Shown: piece by piece, positions 26,413 to 36,452 of the stretch
Position numbering within the stretch: the stretch's first letter is position 1
Layout: each line of letters opens with the position of its first letter
Origin: a virus
Taxonomy: Duplodnaviria; Caudoviricetes
Direction: 5' to 3' (one strand)
IMG/VR virus record: IMGVR_UViG_3300045999_002215
Location: 1 to 58,591 of that record
DNA length: 58,591 bases
Made by a program: the position numbers and the translations under genes
Notes under the pieces: generated by a model
Databases searched by the model: none
Told to the model about the DNA's origin: nothing
What the model saw: only the letters and a program-made list of their open reading frames with translations

Positions 26413-29031
26413 ATGGGACACGAACTCAATAAGCTTATGCAACGGTTTGGGGTTTCTACTCCGAGCGTGGCTAACCCCTACGGGAACTCGCAGCCGCAAA
26501 AAACTGTGGTTGCGCCCGCGTTGGCGACGATTGCCAACCAGCCGCACATGTTGGCATATATCAACGAGGATGAGCGCCGTCTGCTGAAAGACTTGGGCGG
26601 CGCAGATATCCCCGGCCCTGCGGGCATTCGTGCGTTTCCTCCGGCGGGCGCTGGCGGGGGAGGCACCAAGGGCGGGCAGACGGGAAGCTCTTCAAGCAAA
26701 GGCGCTAGCAAGGGCGCTGGAACGCCCGGTGGGGGCGGCGGAACTGGTGGCCCCGGAAACGTGGGCGGTGGTGGCGCTGCCGCAAACAAGCCGTCTCCTT
26801 CGGCGGGCGGCAGCAGTGGCGGTTCTGCCGCAAACAAACCCTCTCCTGCGGCAAACAAACCCTCTCCTGCTGCGAACAAGCCGTCTCCTGCGGCGGGCGG
26901 TAGCAGTGGTGGCTCCGCTGCTGCACAGGCCGCTGCAGCCGCAAAAGCCGCAGCTGACAAAGCCGCAGCTGATAAGGCCGCAGCTGCAAAAGCCGCAGCA
27001 GAGCGAGCGGTGCAAGAGAAAATCGCTGCCGCAGAAAGAGCCGCAGCTGCAGAAAAAGCCGCAGCCGAACGCGCTGCAGCAGAGCGAGCGATGCGAGCTC
27101 AAATTGCTGCTGCCGAGCGGGCCGCAGTTATCTCCGGAGGCGGCGGCTCCACGTCGTTGGCCGGGGCTGGCGGTGAGCTACCGAGCATGGTGAGCATCGC
27201 AACTCCTGCTGGCATCCAGATGGTGTCCCCTACTTCTTCTGCCGCGCAAATTGCAGCCGCAAATCCTAACCTGTCTATCACTTCCGCCCCTGCCATGGCG
27301 GCTGTTCAGCCAGTCGCGGCTTCGCCTTCGGCTCCAGCTGCGCCTGTTCGCTCTGAGGACATGCCCGCCGAGCGTAAAGGGATCCTTGGCGGATACATTA
27401 GCCTGGCTGACATGTTTGACGGCGGGGGTCCGGGGAAATCTGGGCCTACTTTCGAGGGCGCTTTGTCTGGGATTTCAAACACCCTTGGCATGAAACCTTC
27501 TGACGGTACTCCGGGCGGCGCTCTGCAAGCTTCGATGGGTAATGACCGAGATGGGCCTGACCGCGCAGTTTCACCTCTGACGCCGGTAGAACCTGAGGAG
27601 CCCGTGGTTCCTGCCGAAGAAGTTCTTCCGGTTATGCCTGCTTATGTTCCCCCTACCCCGTTTCTGATGCCCAACGCCCCCACTTACGACCAGGCGCAAT
27701 TCAGCGCGATCAGGGCCAACGTCCCGAGCTTCACGACGTTCTCTCCTGGGCAAAACGCTGCGGTCGTACCTCCGGCATCTATGGACCTGCAAGAGGCTTT
27801 GGCACGCTACGGAATCACCGGGACGCAGTCATTTGCTCAAGGCGGGGCGGTGAAAGGTTATCGGCGAGGCGGGCCTCCCGAAGCCACCTACGGCGGCGCT
27901 GGCGATGACGTGATGATGGGCGGCTCCGAAGAAGACACGCTGCCTCCCGTTGCCGAGGATCCGCAAGACCCGCTAATGGCCATGTATGAGCGTTACGCTC
28001 AGAAGCCCGTTGACTACAGCGGGCAAATCGCAGCCGCGACCGAGCGCAGAGACGCAGAGCAGAAAGCGTTTGAAAAGCTGCTGCTCGGGCAGCTGGATGC
28101 GCAAGACAGTGCGCCGCAGTCGAAGGCTGAGATGTATTTCCGGTTGGCAGCAGCCTTTGGCGCTCCAACGCAGACCGGAAACTTCTCTGAGAACCTGGCC
28201 TTGGTCGGAAGCACGGTGGCAGACCAGCTGTCTGAGAAAGCCAAACGCGAGCGTGAAGCCCGCGATGCTAGACTGGGCGTCCAGACCGAACTGCAGAAAA
28301 TGCGGATGGAGGCGGCTGGCGGAGAGCTGGAGACGTTGCGGGGCCTGCAGGAAGGCGAGACGCAGTACGGTCGCGAGATGGCCAAAGATATGCTTGATAA
28401 GTACATCACCTCGGGCAAGCCGCAGTCTGAGGCAGGCAAGATCGCAGTGGACATGGGCCTCAAGCCCGGTACGCCTGAGTATAACGAAAAGGTCGCCGAG
28501 ATAACGGAGCTGAAGATCCAGCGCGAGATGGCCGCCATTGAAGCATCGCTTGCGTCGACTCAGGCCACTATAGATCGCGGTAACCAATTGAGTTCAACCG
28601 AGATTAAGCTTCGGGCTGAGACCGAAGACAGACTCGCCGGTGTTGAGCGCGCGTTGAACGATGTGGCCGAGGCGTATCGTTTGAATCCGAACAGCTACGC
28701 AGGTAGTTGGTTGGATAGGGGTGCTCGCTTCCTTTATGAAGGCGCAGGCTCAGACGATCCGAAAATTGTCAACACGCGCCGTATTGACAACCTCCTCGGT
28801 TCGCAGGCTTTGGAATCTCTCAAAGCGGTCTTTGGGGGAGCGCCGACAGAAGGCGAACGCGCGATCTTGCTTGATCTTCAGGGTATCGGGGCCAAGTCTT
28901 TGGAAGAGCGCGCTGAAATCATGTTGCGTGCTTATGAGGTGCTGCAAGATCGTCAAGCTCGTGACACCAAGCGGCTAGAAGATATTTTGAGCGGCTCATA
29001 TCGAAACGCTCAACCTATTGATGGAGAATAA
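26413..29031 (+). CDS. Putative ejection protein 3 with low-complexity repeats
   Basis: 872 aa; AANKPSP and AAAE[RK] repeats; helical C-terminal half. Confidence 0.6.
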   Translation: MGHELNKLMQRFGVSTPSVANPYGNSQPQKTVVAPALATIANQPHMLAYINEDERRLLKDLGGADIPGPAGIRAFPPAGAGGGGTKGGQTGSSSSKGASKGAGTPGGGGGTGGPGNVGGGGAAANKPSPSAGGSSGGSAANKPSPAANKPSPAANKPSPAAGGSSGGSAAAQAAAAAKAAADKAAADKAAAAKAAAERAVQEKIAAAERAAAAEKAAAERAAAERAMRAQIAAAERAAVISGGGGSTSLAGAGGELPSMVSIATPAGIQMVSPTSSAAQIAAANPNLSITSAPAMAAVQPVAASPSAPAAPVRSEDMPAERKGILGGYISLADMFDGGGPGKSGPTFEGALSGISNTLGMKPSDGTPGGALQASMGNDRDGPDRAVSPLTPVEPEEPVVPAEEVLPVMPAYVPPTPFLMPNAPTYDQAQFSAIRANVPSFTTFSPGQNAAVVPPASMDLQEALARYGITGTQSFAQGGAVKGYRRGGPPEATYGGAGDDVMMGGSEEDTLPPVAEDPQDPLMAMYERYAQKPVDYSGQIAAATERRDAEQKAFEKLLLGQLDAQDSAPQSKAEMYFRLAAAFGAPTQTGNFSENLALVGSTVADQLSEKAKREREARDARLGVQTELQKMRMEAAGGELETLRGLQEGETQYGREMAKDMLDKYITSGKPQSEAGKIAVDMGLKPGTPEYNEKVAEITELKIQREMAAIEASLASTQATIDRGNQLSSTEIKLRAETEDRLAGVERALNDVAEAYRLNPNSYAGSWLDRGARFLYEGAGSDDPKIVNTRRIDNLLGSQALESLKAVFGGAPTEGERAILLDLQGIGAKSLEERAEIMLRAYEVLQDRQARDTKRLEDILSGSYRNAQPIDGE
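26777..27120 (+). repeat. Coding tandem repeats (AANKPSP x4; AAADK/AAAER)
   Basis: 21-bp and 15-bp degenerate units inside the CDS. Confidence 0.8.
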
Positions 29032-29034
29032 ATA

Positions 29035-31131
29035 ATGGCGAGCGATGCAGCAAACTTTACACGCGCCTTGCTCGGCCAAGGCCTCCTTATGGGTTGGGGA
29101 GACGAAGCCGAGGCCTGGCTGCGGTCAAAGATCGGCGAGAAAACTTATGAAGACGAGCTGGCAGACATCAACCGTGAGTATGGTGAGTTCGCAAAGCGCC
29201 GACCCATCGCCTCGCTGGCAACTGAGTTCGCCGGTGGCGCTGTGCCCACCGTCTTGGCTCTGACAGCCGCGCCGTTCACGGGCGGGGCCACTGCCCCCGC
29301 TGCCGCTGCCGCCGGTGCTAGGGCGACCGGGGTGCTCGCTCGCTTGGCGAACAACCCTGTGGTGCGCGGCGCGGTGACCGGGGCCACCACCGGCGCTGTC
29401 TCTGGCGCTGGTGCTGCTCAGCCCGGAGAGCGCGGCGAGGGAGCACTTACAGGTGCGCAGATCGGCGGGGTGCTCGGTGCTGCCGCACCGCTCGTCATCC
29501 GTGGCGGTGGCGCAGGCTACGAGTGGCTCAGGGACCGCGTGGCACCCTCTGCAGATGTTGTCATGCAGAACGCGACCCGCCGGATCAACCGCGCGCTCTC
29601 TGAGGCTCGAGAGGGCCGAGGCATGACCCCGGCAGACGCCGAAGTGATGATGATTGAAGATCGTCTTCGCGGCATTCCGTCCACCTTTGCCAACGTCGAC
29701 CCGGCACTGGTTGACTTGGCAGAGACTGCTGCCCAGCGTAGCGGCGCGAGCGCCCGGATTGTTGAGGGTACTCTCGGCAGGCAGACCGCCGGTGCCCGTG
29801 AGCGTGTCTACGGTCGCGCCAAGTCTGAACTGGGCGGCGGTAATTATTATGACGACGAAGCTCGCATGGTAGAAGACCTGCGCAATAAAGCGTCCACGCT
29901 CTACGACGACGCCTACGCTTTTGGCAGCGTCATGGACCCGCGCATCATGTCAGCTCTTAAGAACACCAAATTCAAGGGCTTCTACGACAAGGCCCGTGAG
30001 ATTGCTGAAACTGAAAAGATGGCCGCGAAACTGCGCGGAGAAGATACGTCGAAGTTTGAGCTTGAAGAGCTTTATAAATTCGACAAAGAGGGTAACATCG
30101 TCGGCGTCAACGTCCCGGACGTCCGCACGTTGGACTATATCAAGCGCGGGATTGACGCCACGATTGACAGTGGTTTCAGAGGCCAAGGCATGAGCACCGC
30201 CGAGGCCAACGCGCTCAAAGATCTCCGCAAGCAATTTGTCAATGCTCTTGACGAGGCAACCGTTGATCCGCAGACCGGCAGATCGGCCTACAAAACTGCG
30301 CGCAAGGTTTACGCAGGTGACATGGAGGTCTTGGACGCCATGCGCATGGGTCGTGACAAATTCAACAGTATGGACAGCGAAGAAATCGCCAAAGCGTTTG
30401 ATGAGATGGGCCAAGCTGAGCGCGATGCTTTCCAGACCGGCGCGATCCGCAGCATTTACGACGTCGTGATGAAGTCTCCCAACAACATCAACGCGGCTCA
30501 GAAGCTGATCGGTTCTCCTGAGTATTCGGCCAAACTGAAAGAGATTTTTGACTCACCTGCGCAGTTTGACCTGTTCAAGGCGGCTCTTGAGCGGGAAGCC
30601 CAACTGTTCGCGCAGTCCAACCGCATCTTGGGGGGATCAGCTACTGCTCGCCGCACTGCGGCACGGGAGGCATTTGAAGAAGGGTCGCCGGTCGGTGGCG
30701 TTGTGGCAGACACGCTTACAACCGGATTCGGCAACTCCATGGCCAACCTCGTTGCGCGTATCGCACGCAGCGCGACCATGACTGACGACACGGCGAAGGA
30801 AGTCTCACGCATGCTGATGTCCAGCGATCCAACCGAAGTCGCGGCAGCTGTGAAGCTGCTGGAGGACTACGGCGCGCGGGCCGTTAAGAGCGAGCAAAAG
30901 CTCGGCGCGCGTGAAGCCGGGGCCATCGTTGGCGCCACCACAGCAGTTCCTCCGCCCCCGGCAACAGAAGAATCTCCGAACATCAAAGCTCGTATTCAGG
31001 CTGATCGTGAAACGGCGGGAACGCAGGGTGGGCCTAGCATTGAAGAAGCTGTCCGCGAGCGCAAGAAGAAGCGGGAAGAGGGTCTCAACATAACTATTGA
31101 CAGCCCTGCTGACGGCATACCTCTTCCGTAA
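29035..31131 (+). CDS. Putative ejection protein 4
   Basis: 'QGLLMGWGDEAEA' start, Gly/Ala hydrophobic stretch, 'LDYIKRGID'; last gene of the + arm. Confidence 0.6.
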   Translation: MASDAANFTRALLGQGLLMGWGDEAEAWLRSKIGEKTYEDELADINREYGEFAKRRPIASLATEFAGGAVPTVLALTAAPFTGGATAPAAAAAGARATGVLARLANNPVVRGAVTGATTGAVSGAGAAQPGERGEGALTGAQIGGVLGAAAPLVIRGGGAGYEWLRDRVAPSADVVMQNATRRINRALSEAREGRGMTPADAEVMMIEDRLRGIPSTFANVDPALVDLAETAAQRSGASARIVEGTLGRQTAGARERVYGRAKSELGGGNYYDDEARMVEDLRNKASTLYDDAYAFGSVMDPRIMSALKNTKFKGFYDKAREIAETEKMAAKLRGEDTSKFELEELYKFDKEGNIVGVNVPDVRTLDYIKRGIDATIDSGFRGQGMSTAEANALKDLRKQFVNALDEATVDPQTGRSAYKTARKVYAGDMEVLDAMRMGRDKFNSMDSEEIAKAFDEMGQAERDAFQTGAIRSIYDVVMKSPNNINAAQKLIGSPEYSAKLKEIFDSPAQFDLFKAALEREAQLFAQSNRILGGSATARRTAAREAFEEGSPVGGVVADTLTTGFGNSMANLVARIARSATMTDDTAKEVSRMLMSSDPTEVAAAVKLLEDYGARAVKSEQKLGAREAGAIVGATTAVPPPPATEESPNIKARIQADRETAGTQGGPSIEEAVRERKKKREEGLNITIDSPADGIPLP

Positions 31132-31149
31132 TTCTCCCTCGGAAGAACT

Positions 31150-31182
31150 AACCCCGGCCTGATGAGGGCCGGGGTTTTCTTT
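31150..31182. terminator. Terminator between the convergent arms
   Basis: AACCCCGGCC-tgatgag-GGCCGGGGTT followed by TTCTTT. Confidence 0.8.
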
Positions 31183-31363
31183 ATTGGTTCGCGTAGAACT
31201 TGAGCAGCAGCGGGGCGAGATCCTCGGTCTTGACCTCTCTTCCGCCGCCACTTTCCACCTCACCGATCCAGACGGTGCCGGAGTTCACGCGCATACCTGG
31301 CGCGATAAACAGCTCGCCGATCTGGATGTGCCACGGGCACGCAGGTTCAAACTTCTCCATCAT
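31181..31363 (-). CDS. Small hypothetical protein
   Basis: ATGA-coupled to the resolvase gene. Confidence 0.55.
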   Translation of the reverse strand: MMEKFEPACPWHIQIGELFIAPGMRVNSGTVWIGEVESGGGREVKTEDLAPLLLKFYANQ

Positions 31364-31836
31364 CCGCCTCGCGTTTCATACAGCCACCGCGCCATGAGAA
31401 GTGCCTCTGCGCGGTCAACGTGCTTTTTCAGATTCAGAGGTGCCTCAGGGAACGTGCGGATTGCTAGCGCCCTGCCCATCTCCTTGTCGCTGGTCAACTT
31501 GAAGTGCTTCTTCCACTGCACCGGGGTCACGTAAACCGTCTCAAACCGGCAGGCGGCGATTGCAGACCGAGCGCACCCGAATGAGTCCCCGATGCTGAAG
31601 ATTGAAGAAGACCCCTGCCCAGGCATCGCGTTCACCCTCTCCAGAGCGACGCAGATTGCCTCGCCCGCCGGAGCGTGTTGCCTGAGCAGGGTGATGAGCC
31701 CCGCAGGGTCAACTTCACTCTTGACCGAGCCTGAGCCTTTTGCCACAATCGGCATGTCTAAGACGGCCGCGTAGGAACCGTCCTTGAGCACACCGATGGC
31801 TCCTCCTAGTCCCGGATCAATGCCGATCGTGATCAT
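31360..31836 (-). CDS. RuvC-like Holliday junction resolvase
   Basis: 'IGIDPG', 'LERV', 'P..WKK', 'DRAEALL'. Confidence 0.85.
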   Translation of the reverse strand: MITIGIDPGLGGAIGVLKDGSYAAVLDMPIVAKGSGSVKSEVDPAGLITLLRQHAPAGEAICVALERVNAMPGQGSSSIFSIGDSFGCARSAIAACRFETVYVTPVQWKKHFKLTSDKEMGRALAIRTFPEAPLNLKKHVDRAEALLMARWLYETRGG

Positions 31837-31837
31837 C

Positions 31838-32674
31838 TCATAACCCCTCGTAATGTTCGCAGCCGAGCCGTTGCCGGTCTATGCTGAGCGTGTCTTTGTT
31901 GAGTTCACAGACCCACTTGCCCTCTGCTCCCGGTGTGCACATGGTGCACGTGCGGCAGTGTCTTAGCGGTTCTGCTTCTTTAACGCACACCGCCTTCATG
32001 CTGCAGAACTTGCAGCCGAAGCTAGAGCCGTCATCACTGATGCCTGCGGGGCGCAACCGCGCCTCGGTCAGCTTGGTGATCTTGGCCTTCAGCTTCTCCT
32101 GCGCGGCTTCATCCGCACGCACACGCTCTACGTAGAACTGCTCGTCATCCTTACAGAGAGCCACGTAGAGCGCGCGAGTGAAGCCACCCAGCAGCATGCT
32201 GATCTGAACCTGGGCGTAATGCAACGGCTTGGCCTCCTGCACGCCCTTTTTAAGGAGCGAGCTGAAGCTGTTTTTGTTGTGCGTCTTGATTTCGAGCACA
32301 TGCGGCTTTTCGTTTTCCGGGACATCTTTGATGATGCCATCCACCTTAGTGATGAAGTGGCCCGTCAGGTCGCTAAACTCAAATTGGCGACCGTCATCTC
32401 TCTTGTCCCAGACCGCGAAACCTGCGCGGCGCAGATCTTCAACGATCCGCGCTTCCTGCAAGTGCCCCGTCTCAAACAGGCGAAGCATGCGCCCCTCAAA
32501 CTGTTCACGGGCGAAACCTCGCCAGCTGAGCCAGATTTGACGAACGCATTCTTCGCCTATGAAAGACGAGCCAAGCCGCCCGAGGTACAGATCGGAATCT
32601 GCCCTCTCTTTCTGAATGGCAGCGTAGATCCGATTGATGATCTGCTGCTCAGGCTTGGGCGGAATGGCTACCAT
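31838..32674 (-). CDS. Cas4-like PD-(D/E)XK exonuclease
   Basis: 'LGSS.IG.EC.R', 'G...E', 'VDG', 'LEIKT', 'HYAQVQ', C-terminal Cys cluster. Confidence 0.8.
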   Translation of the reverse strand: MVAIPPKPEQQIINRIYAAIQKERADSDLYLGRLGSSFIGEECVRQIWLSWRGFAREQFEGRMLRLFETGHLQEARIVEDLRRAGFAVWDKRDDGRQFEFSDLTGHFITKVDGIIKDVPENEKPHVLEIKTHNKNSFSSLLKKGVQEAKPLHYAQVQISMLLGGFTRALYVALCKDDEQFYVERVRADEAAQEKLKAKITKLTEARLRPAGISDDGSSFGCKFCSMKAVCVKEAEPLRHCRTCTMCTPGAEGKWVCELNKDTLSIDRQRLGCEHYEGL

Positions 32675-32678
32675 CTCA

Positions 32679-33164
32679 TCAGTCCCACGGGTTGCCGGAC
32701 TTGGGGGCCGGTGCCGAAGTCTTGGCGGGCGGAGCCTTCGGAGTCGGAGCGTCCGAGGTCTCGAACAGGAACGCTTTGATGCGGTTGCTGTCCGCGTAAC
32801 CGCCGGTGCCCTTCTCAATGGTCACGTCTGCGCGGAACGGCTTCTCCAAGAGCTTGTCGGTGTCATCAGCCTCGGGCTTACCGCAGGCCGTGGCCCAAGC
32901 AACCAGCTGCTGACGACCAATGCGCTGCGCCTTCTCGCTCGGGTTGTTGATGTTGAAGTTCTGCCAAAGCAGGCGACCGTTGAACTCGCCGCGCGCAACT
33001 TCAAACTTCACCGAGATGTACGAGCCCGTGCCCGCCTTGGTGGACTTCTCTTCGGCTTCTACCGCCTTGAGGACGTACTCACCCTCGGGGATGGGATCGT
33101 ACGAACCGCCAGCTGCGCCGGTGTCGGGGGTGACGTCCGAGACGTCAAATCCAAATTTTGCCAT
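32679..33164 (-). CDS. ssDNA-binding protein (DUF669-like)
   Basis: 'YDPIPEGEY', OB-like core, flexible tail ending 'NPWD'. Confidence 0.75.
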   Translation of the reverse strand: MAKFGFDVSDVTPDTGAAGGSYDPIPEGEYVLKAVEAEEKSTKAGTGSYISVKFEVARGEFNGRLLWQNFNINNPSEKAQRIGRQQLVAWATACGKPEADDTDKLLEKPFRADVTIEKGTGGYADSNRIKAFLFETSDAPTPKAPPAKTSAPAPKSGNPWD

Positions 33165-33181
33165 AGTGTCTCTCCTTGAGG

Positions 33182-33937
33182 TTATTTGGCGATCGGGATG
33201 AGTTTTTCAAGATTGACGATAGACATCTCAATCTCGTCGGGGCAGTTGTAACGGTTCTTCGCGGCATAGGCCGGATTCTCGATGAAGTGCAGCAGCCGTT
33301 CGCCGGTCGTTACGCCGCGAGTCTTCTGGTTGTTGAAGCCAGTGTCAGACTTGCGGATGATGACCTTGAACGCGGCGAACGTGATAACGTCAGCCCACTC
33401 CTGCAGCAGAGCGTTACAGCGGTTCGGGAGCTTGGGCTGGTAACGGTCGTAAGGCTCCGTGCGAGGGTCTTCAAACTTGACCACTGCCGCGTGAGCAATG
33501 AGCACGACGTTCATACCGCGCTTGAGGCGTAGCACGTCCAGCCCCTGCAGGATCTCGCGAAACTCTTCAGCGACGAGCATCTGACCTTTGCCGTACGCGA
33601 GGTCTTTGGCCTCGTGCGACGACTCTACGTTGCTCACGATGAGCGGCTCAATCAGCCAGTCAACCGAGTCAATGACCACGGTCTTGAACGCATGGTCTTC
33701 TTTGATGAGGGTCTTGATGCTCTCAACCACGTCGTTAATGTGGTTTGCGCGCGGGAAGCTCGTGACGTCGAGCGAGTCCAGACCGTCTTCAGTGCTGATG
33801 AAGATCGGGTTCGGGAACTGGCTGGCGAGCGTTGACTTGCCGATACCGTGCCCGCCGTAAATTACCAGACGAGGCGGCACAGCCTGTTTCCCCTTTCGCA
33901 AAGTGTCTTGCCACGATGGCGCGTTCTCTTTTGACAT
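33182..33937 (-). CDS. Sak4-like AAA ATPase / ssDNA annealing protein
   Basis: Walker A 'GGHGIGKS', 'TVVIDS.DW', 'LIAH', 'AKNRY'. Confidence 0.85.
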   Translation of the reverse strand: MSKENAPSWQDTLRKGKQAVPPRLVIYGGHGIGKSTLASQFPNPIFISTEDGLDSLDVTSFPRANHINDVVESIKTLIKEDHAFKTVVIDSVDWLIEPLIVSNVESSHEAKDLAYGKGQMLVAEEFREILQGLDVLRLKRGMNVVLIAHAAVVKFEDPRTEPYDRYQPKLPNRCNALLQEWADVITFAAFKVIIRKSDTGFNNQKTRGVTTGERLLHFIENPAYAAKNRYNCPDEIEMSIVNLEKLIPIAK

Positions 33938-33965
33938 TTTGTTCTCCTTTCACGGGTTGAGGCGG

Positions 33966-34325
33966 TTAGTCGTCCGCCGTTTCGAAATCGTCGAAGTCCA
34001 TGCCCAGCTGACCGAAGTCCCACTTCTGAGCAGTGTACTGAAAGCTGTCTCGGTCCCAGCTGAGAACATTGATGATGTCCTCTTGCTCACCGATGATAGT
34101 CATGCAAACCGCGCAGAGCGTAGGGTCGCCGATCATCAAGAGGTGGTCTCCGGGATGCCAGTCTGCGAGTATGCGGCGAGCCTTAGCGATCATGCTGGGC
34201 TTGTCGTACGGTTTGCGAGGCTTACCGAACACCCCCTGCAACCGACCATAACGCCGCGCGTCAGACAGGTCTTTATTGTTGTCAACTTGAACGACAAACA
34301 CTGTTTGTGTATTAGCGTTTTGCAT
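33966..34325 (-). CDS. Hypothetical protein
   Basis: ATG 34325 overlaps the polymerase stop; 'GDHLLMIGDP' motif. Confidence 0.6.
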   Translation of the reverse strand: MQNANTQTVFVVQVDNNKDLSDARRYGRLQGVFGKPRKPYDKPSMIAKARRILADWHPGDHLLMIGDPTLCAVCMTIIGEQEDIINVLSWDRDSFQYTAQKWDFGQLGMDFDDFETADD

Positions 34326-36156
34326 TTTTGCTCTTCCTAGGGGCTTTGGGTGGCGGGGCAGCGAGTGCGTGCTCTTCTGCGGTGAGGTAAGCCGAGCACC
34401 CCACAGCAATGGCAATCTTGATAGCCTCTTTACGATACCATGCGTAGTCAAGGTCCGCCGGGTGGGTAACCTTGTCAAGCATCGTCATACAGGCCCGAGC
34501 ACCCTCGGTCTTGGGAACCTTGTTACCGTTCTTCACGTACCTAAGGGGCTCAAGGCCAACGTCGTTTGACTGATACCAGCGCACGACCTTGCCCAAGTAT
34601 TGCCCCATCTGCTCTCCCCCGCCAGTCACGTTACGCGCCGAAATGAAGTCACAGAACGGCGCAGCAGTGATGGTCTGCTGGAACGGTATCCCGTTGGCCA
34701 ACCATTGCCCCACAGCGTCGGAGCAGACCTGCGCCGTGGGGTTCTTCCGGAGCGAGAGAGGAGCGTAGATACCCTTCACCTTGAGTTCGCGATCAGGCTT
34801 AACCGCGATGTAGTTGTTCACGTCCTTCATAGCGAGAGCGCGATAGGGCGTGAACTCAAAGCTAAACCGTGACACCTCACTGAACTTGCTGACCACGCGC
34901 TGGATCAGCTCGTCCTTACCGCGCGGGTAACGGATAGCGATGCCGTCGGTGTTGGCTGACAGAGTTTCAGCCCCGGCGCGCTCAAGCCACTCAATCAGCA
35001 TGAGCAGCGTGAACTGGCCGGTGAGCGTCACCGCCAGCATTAGGTCAGGCGAGTACAACACCGAGTACTTGCTTGCCAGCTTGCCGAACGTGCCGTTCAG
35101 AGAGATCTTGAGCGTGGCGTCGGTGGTCTTGTCACCGGACCGCTTGGCTTCAAGGCGGCGACTGTAGATCTTGCGATACTCCCGAACGAAGTCCGATCCC
35201 AAGCTAGCAGGAACGAAACCGCACTCAAGAATGATGCTCGGGTAGAAGCTGGCTGCGTCAATATCGCACATGACGTAGTCCTCCCCGGCCACGTAGCAGA
35301 CCTGCTTGTCATGAACGCTGTGAATGCCGCCCACGCCGAGCTGATATTCACCGGTGCCGAACTTTACAGTCTGCAGCCCCAAGAAGTCTGGCAGCTGGAC
35401 GTGGCCCGTAACCCGGTTCATGTTGAACGTGTGAACCGCCACGCGGTCAAGCAACGCCTGAAGTTCGGCGTCCATGAACTTGAGGAAGCTCGGCGGGGTG
35501 TAGGTTACGGTCTTCGGCACCTCGTTGTCTTTGCGCTTGAGGCCCATGCTGGTGATGTACGCCTGCTCAGCCATTTGCGAGTCTGACTTGCTGCGCATGT
35601 CAACCCCGTAGCGACGGCTCATTTCAACGCGCAGCACGACCTCTTTCTCCAGCTGATTCAGCAGTTCGGCGGTCGTCTCTACGTCGTTGCGGCAATACTC
35701 CACCAGCATGGGCTCTTGCTCAACTGAGATCATTGCATCATGTGCTAGCGGCATGTCCTGCAGCTTGGGCATGTGCATCCGAGCGCCGTAGGCTTTCAAA
35801 CCCACGAACGAGGGAGCGACCTCAATTAAGTCAATGTCATCAGTCATCACGTCTCGCAGACTGAACTTACGCATCGCGGCCCAAGGCGCAACGCGGTTGG
35901 TAATGACGTCGTCTGCGATGCGCTTGATCTCGATCTCCGTGCGGCCAAGACAGAACGCGGACACAACGATGTTGTCAAACGACTTGCTGTTGAAGCCGAT
36001 GAACGTCGCGTCCGGTTGCTGCAAGAACCGCGTGAGCCGAGCCGGGGCATCATTTTCATGACGCCACAGCTCGAACCACTCCCCTGTTTCTACGTCTTTG
36101 GCGCAGAACAGGGTGCGGTTTGGCAGGGTCTCAGTGTCAAACACCCAAGTACTCAC
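34312..36156 (-). CDS. DNA polymerase, family B-like, with 3'-5' exonuclease
   Basis: ExoI 'FDTE', ExoII 'GFNSKSFD', ExoIII 'YCRND'; motif A 'DAASFYPS', B 'KISLNGTFGK', C 'NTDG'. Confidence 0.88.
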   Translation of the reverse strand: MSTWVFDTETLPNRTLFCAKDVETGEWFELWRHENDAPARLTRFLQQPDATFIGFNSKSFDNIVVSAFCLGRTEIEIKRIADDVITNRVAPWAAMRKFSLRDVMTDDIDLIEVAPSFVGLKAYGARMHMPKLQDMPLAHDAMISVEQEPMLVEYCRNDVETTAELLNQLEKEVVLRVEMSRRYGVDMRSKSDSQMAEQAYITSMGLKRKDNEVPKTVTYTPPSFLKFMDAELQALLDRVAVHTFNMNRVTGHVQLPDFLGLQTVKFGTGEYQLGVGGIHSVHDKQVCYVAGEDYVMCDIDAASFYPSIILECGFVPASLGSDFVREYRKIYSRRLEAKRSGDKTTDATLKISLNGTFGKLASKYSVLYSPDLMLAVTLTGQFTLLMLIEWLERAGAETLSANTDGIAIRYPRGKDELIQRVVSKFSEVSRFSFEFTPYRALAMKDVNNYIAVKPDRELKVKGIYAPLSLRKNPTAQVCSDAVGQWLANGIPFQQTITAAPFCDFISARNVTGGGEQMGQYLGKVVRWYQSNDVGLEPLRYVKNGNKVPKTEGARACMTMLDKVTHPADLDYAWYRKEAIKIAIAVGCSAYLTAEEHALAAPPPKAPRKSKNAKR

Positions 36157-36452
36157 AGCTTATCCGGGTTGCTAAAGCGCAGGTCTCCACGAGGCAGAGA
36201 TCTGGGCTCAGGTTGGCTCTTGTTGAGTTCGGCGTAGATCATCTCACGCTTCTTCTCAAGGCAGTGAATGGCCTTTTCAAGATCCTCAAGATCTTTCTCA
36301 AGACCGCCCTTCTTGCCGAGGCGCGCCATGTACTTGCTGGCATAACCGAGCAGGTAGTCGCCCCCGAAAATCATGTACACCAAGTCCCAATGCTGGAGGC
36401 CCGATTCGTTCTTGTAGTGGGTGCCGCCCACCTGCTTGTCATTCGCACTCAT
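36153..36452 (-). CDS. DUF3310 (T7 gp1.7/SaV-like) protein, possible nucleotide kinase
   Basis: 'QVGGTHYK', 'KYMAR..KKGG..DL...EKA'. Confidence 0.7.
   Translation of the reverse strand: MSANDKQVGGTHYKNESGLQHWDLVYMIFGGDYLLGYASKYMARLGKKGGLEKDLEDLEKAIHCLEKKREMIYAELNKSQPEPRSLPRGDLRFSNPDKL

Noticed and set aside
31159-31166. CTGATGAG, the hammerhead ribozyme core, in the loop of the hairpin between the two arms
   Set aside because: There is no following stem II and GAAA, and no cleavage triplet. The context is a simple GC stem with a T-tract, i.e. a terminator.
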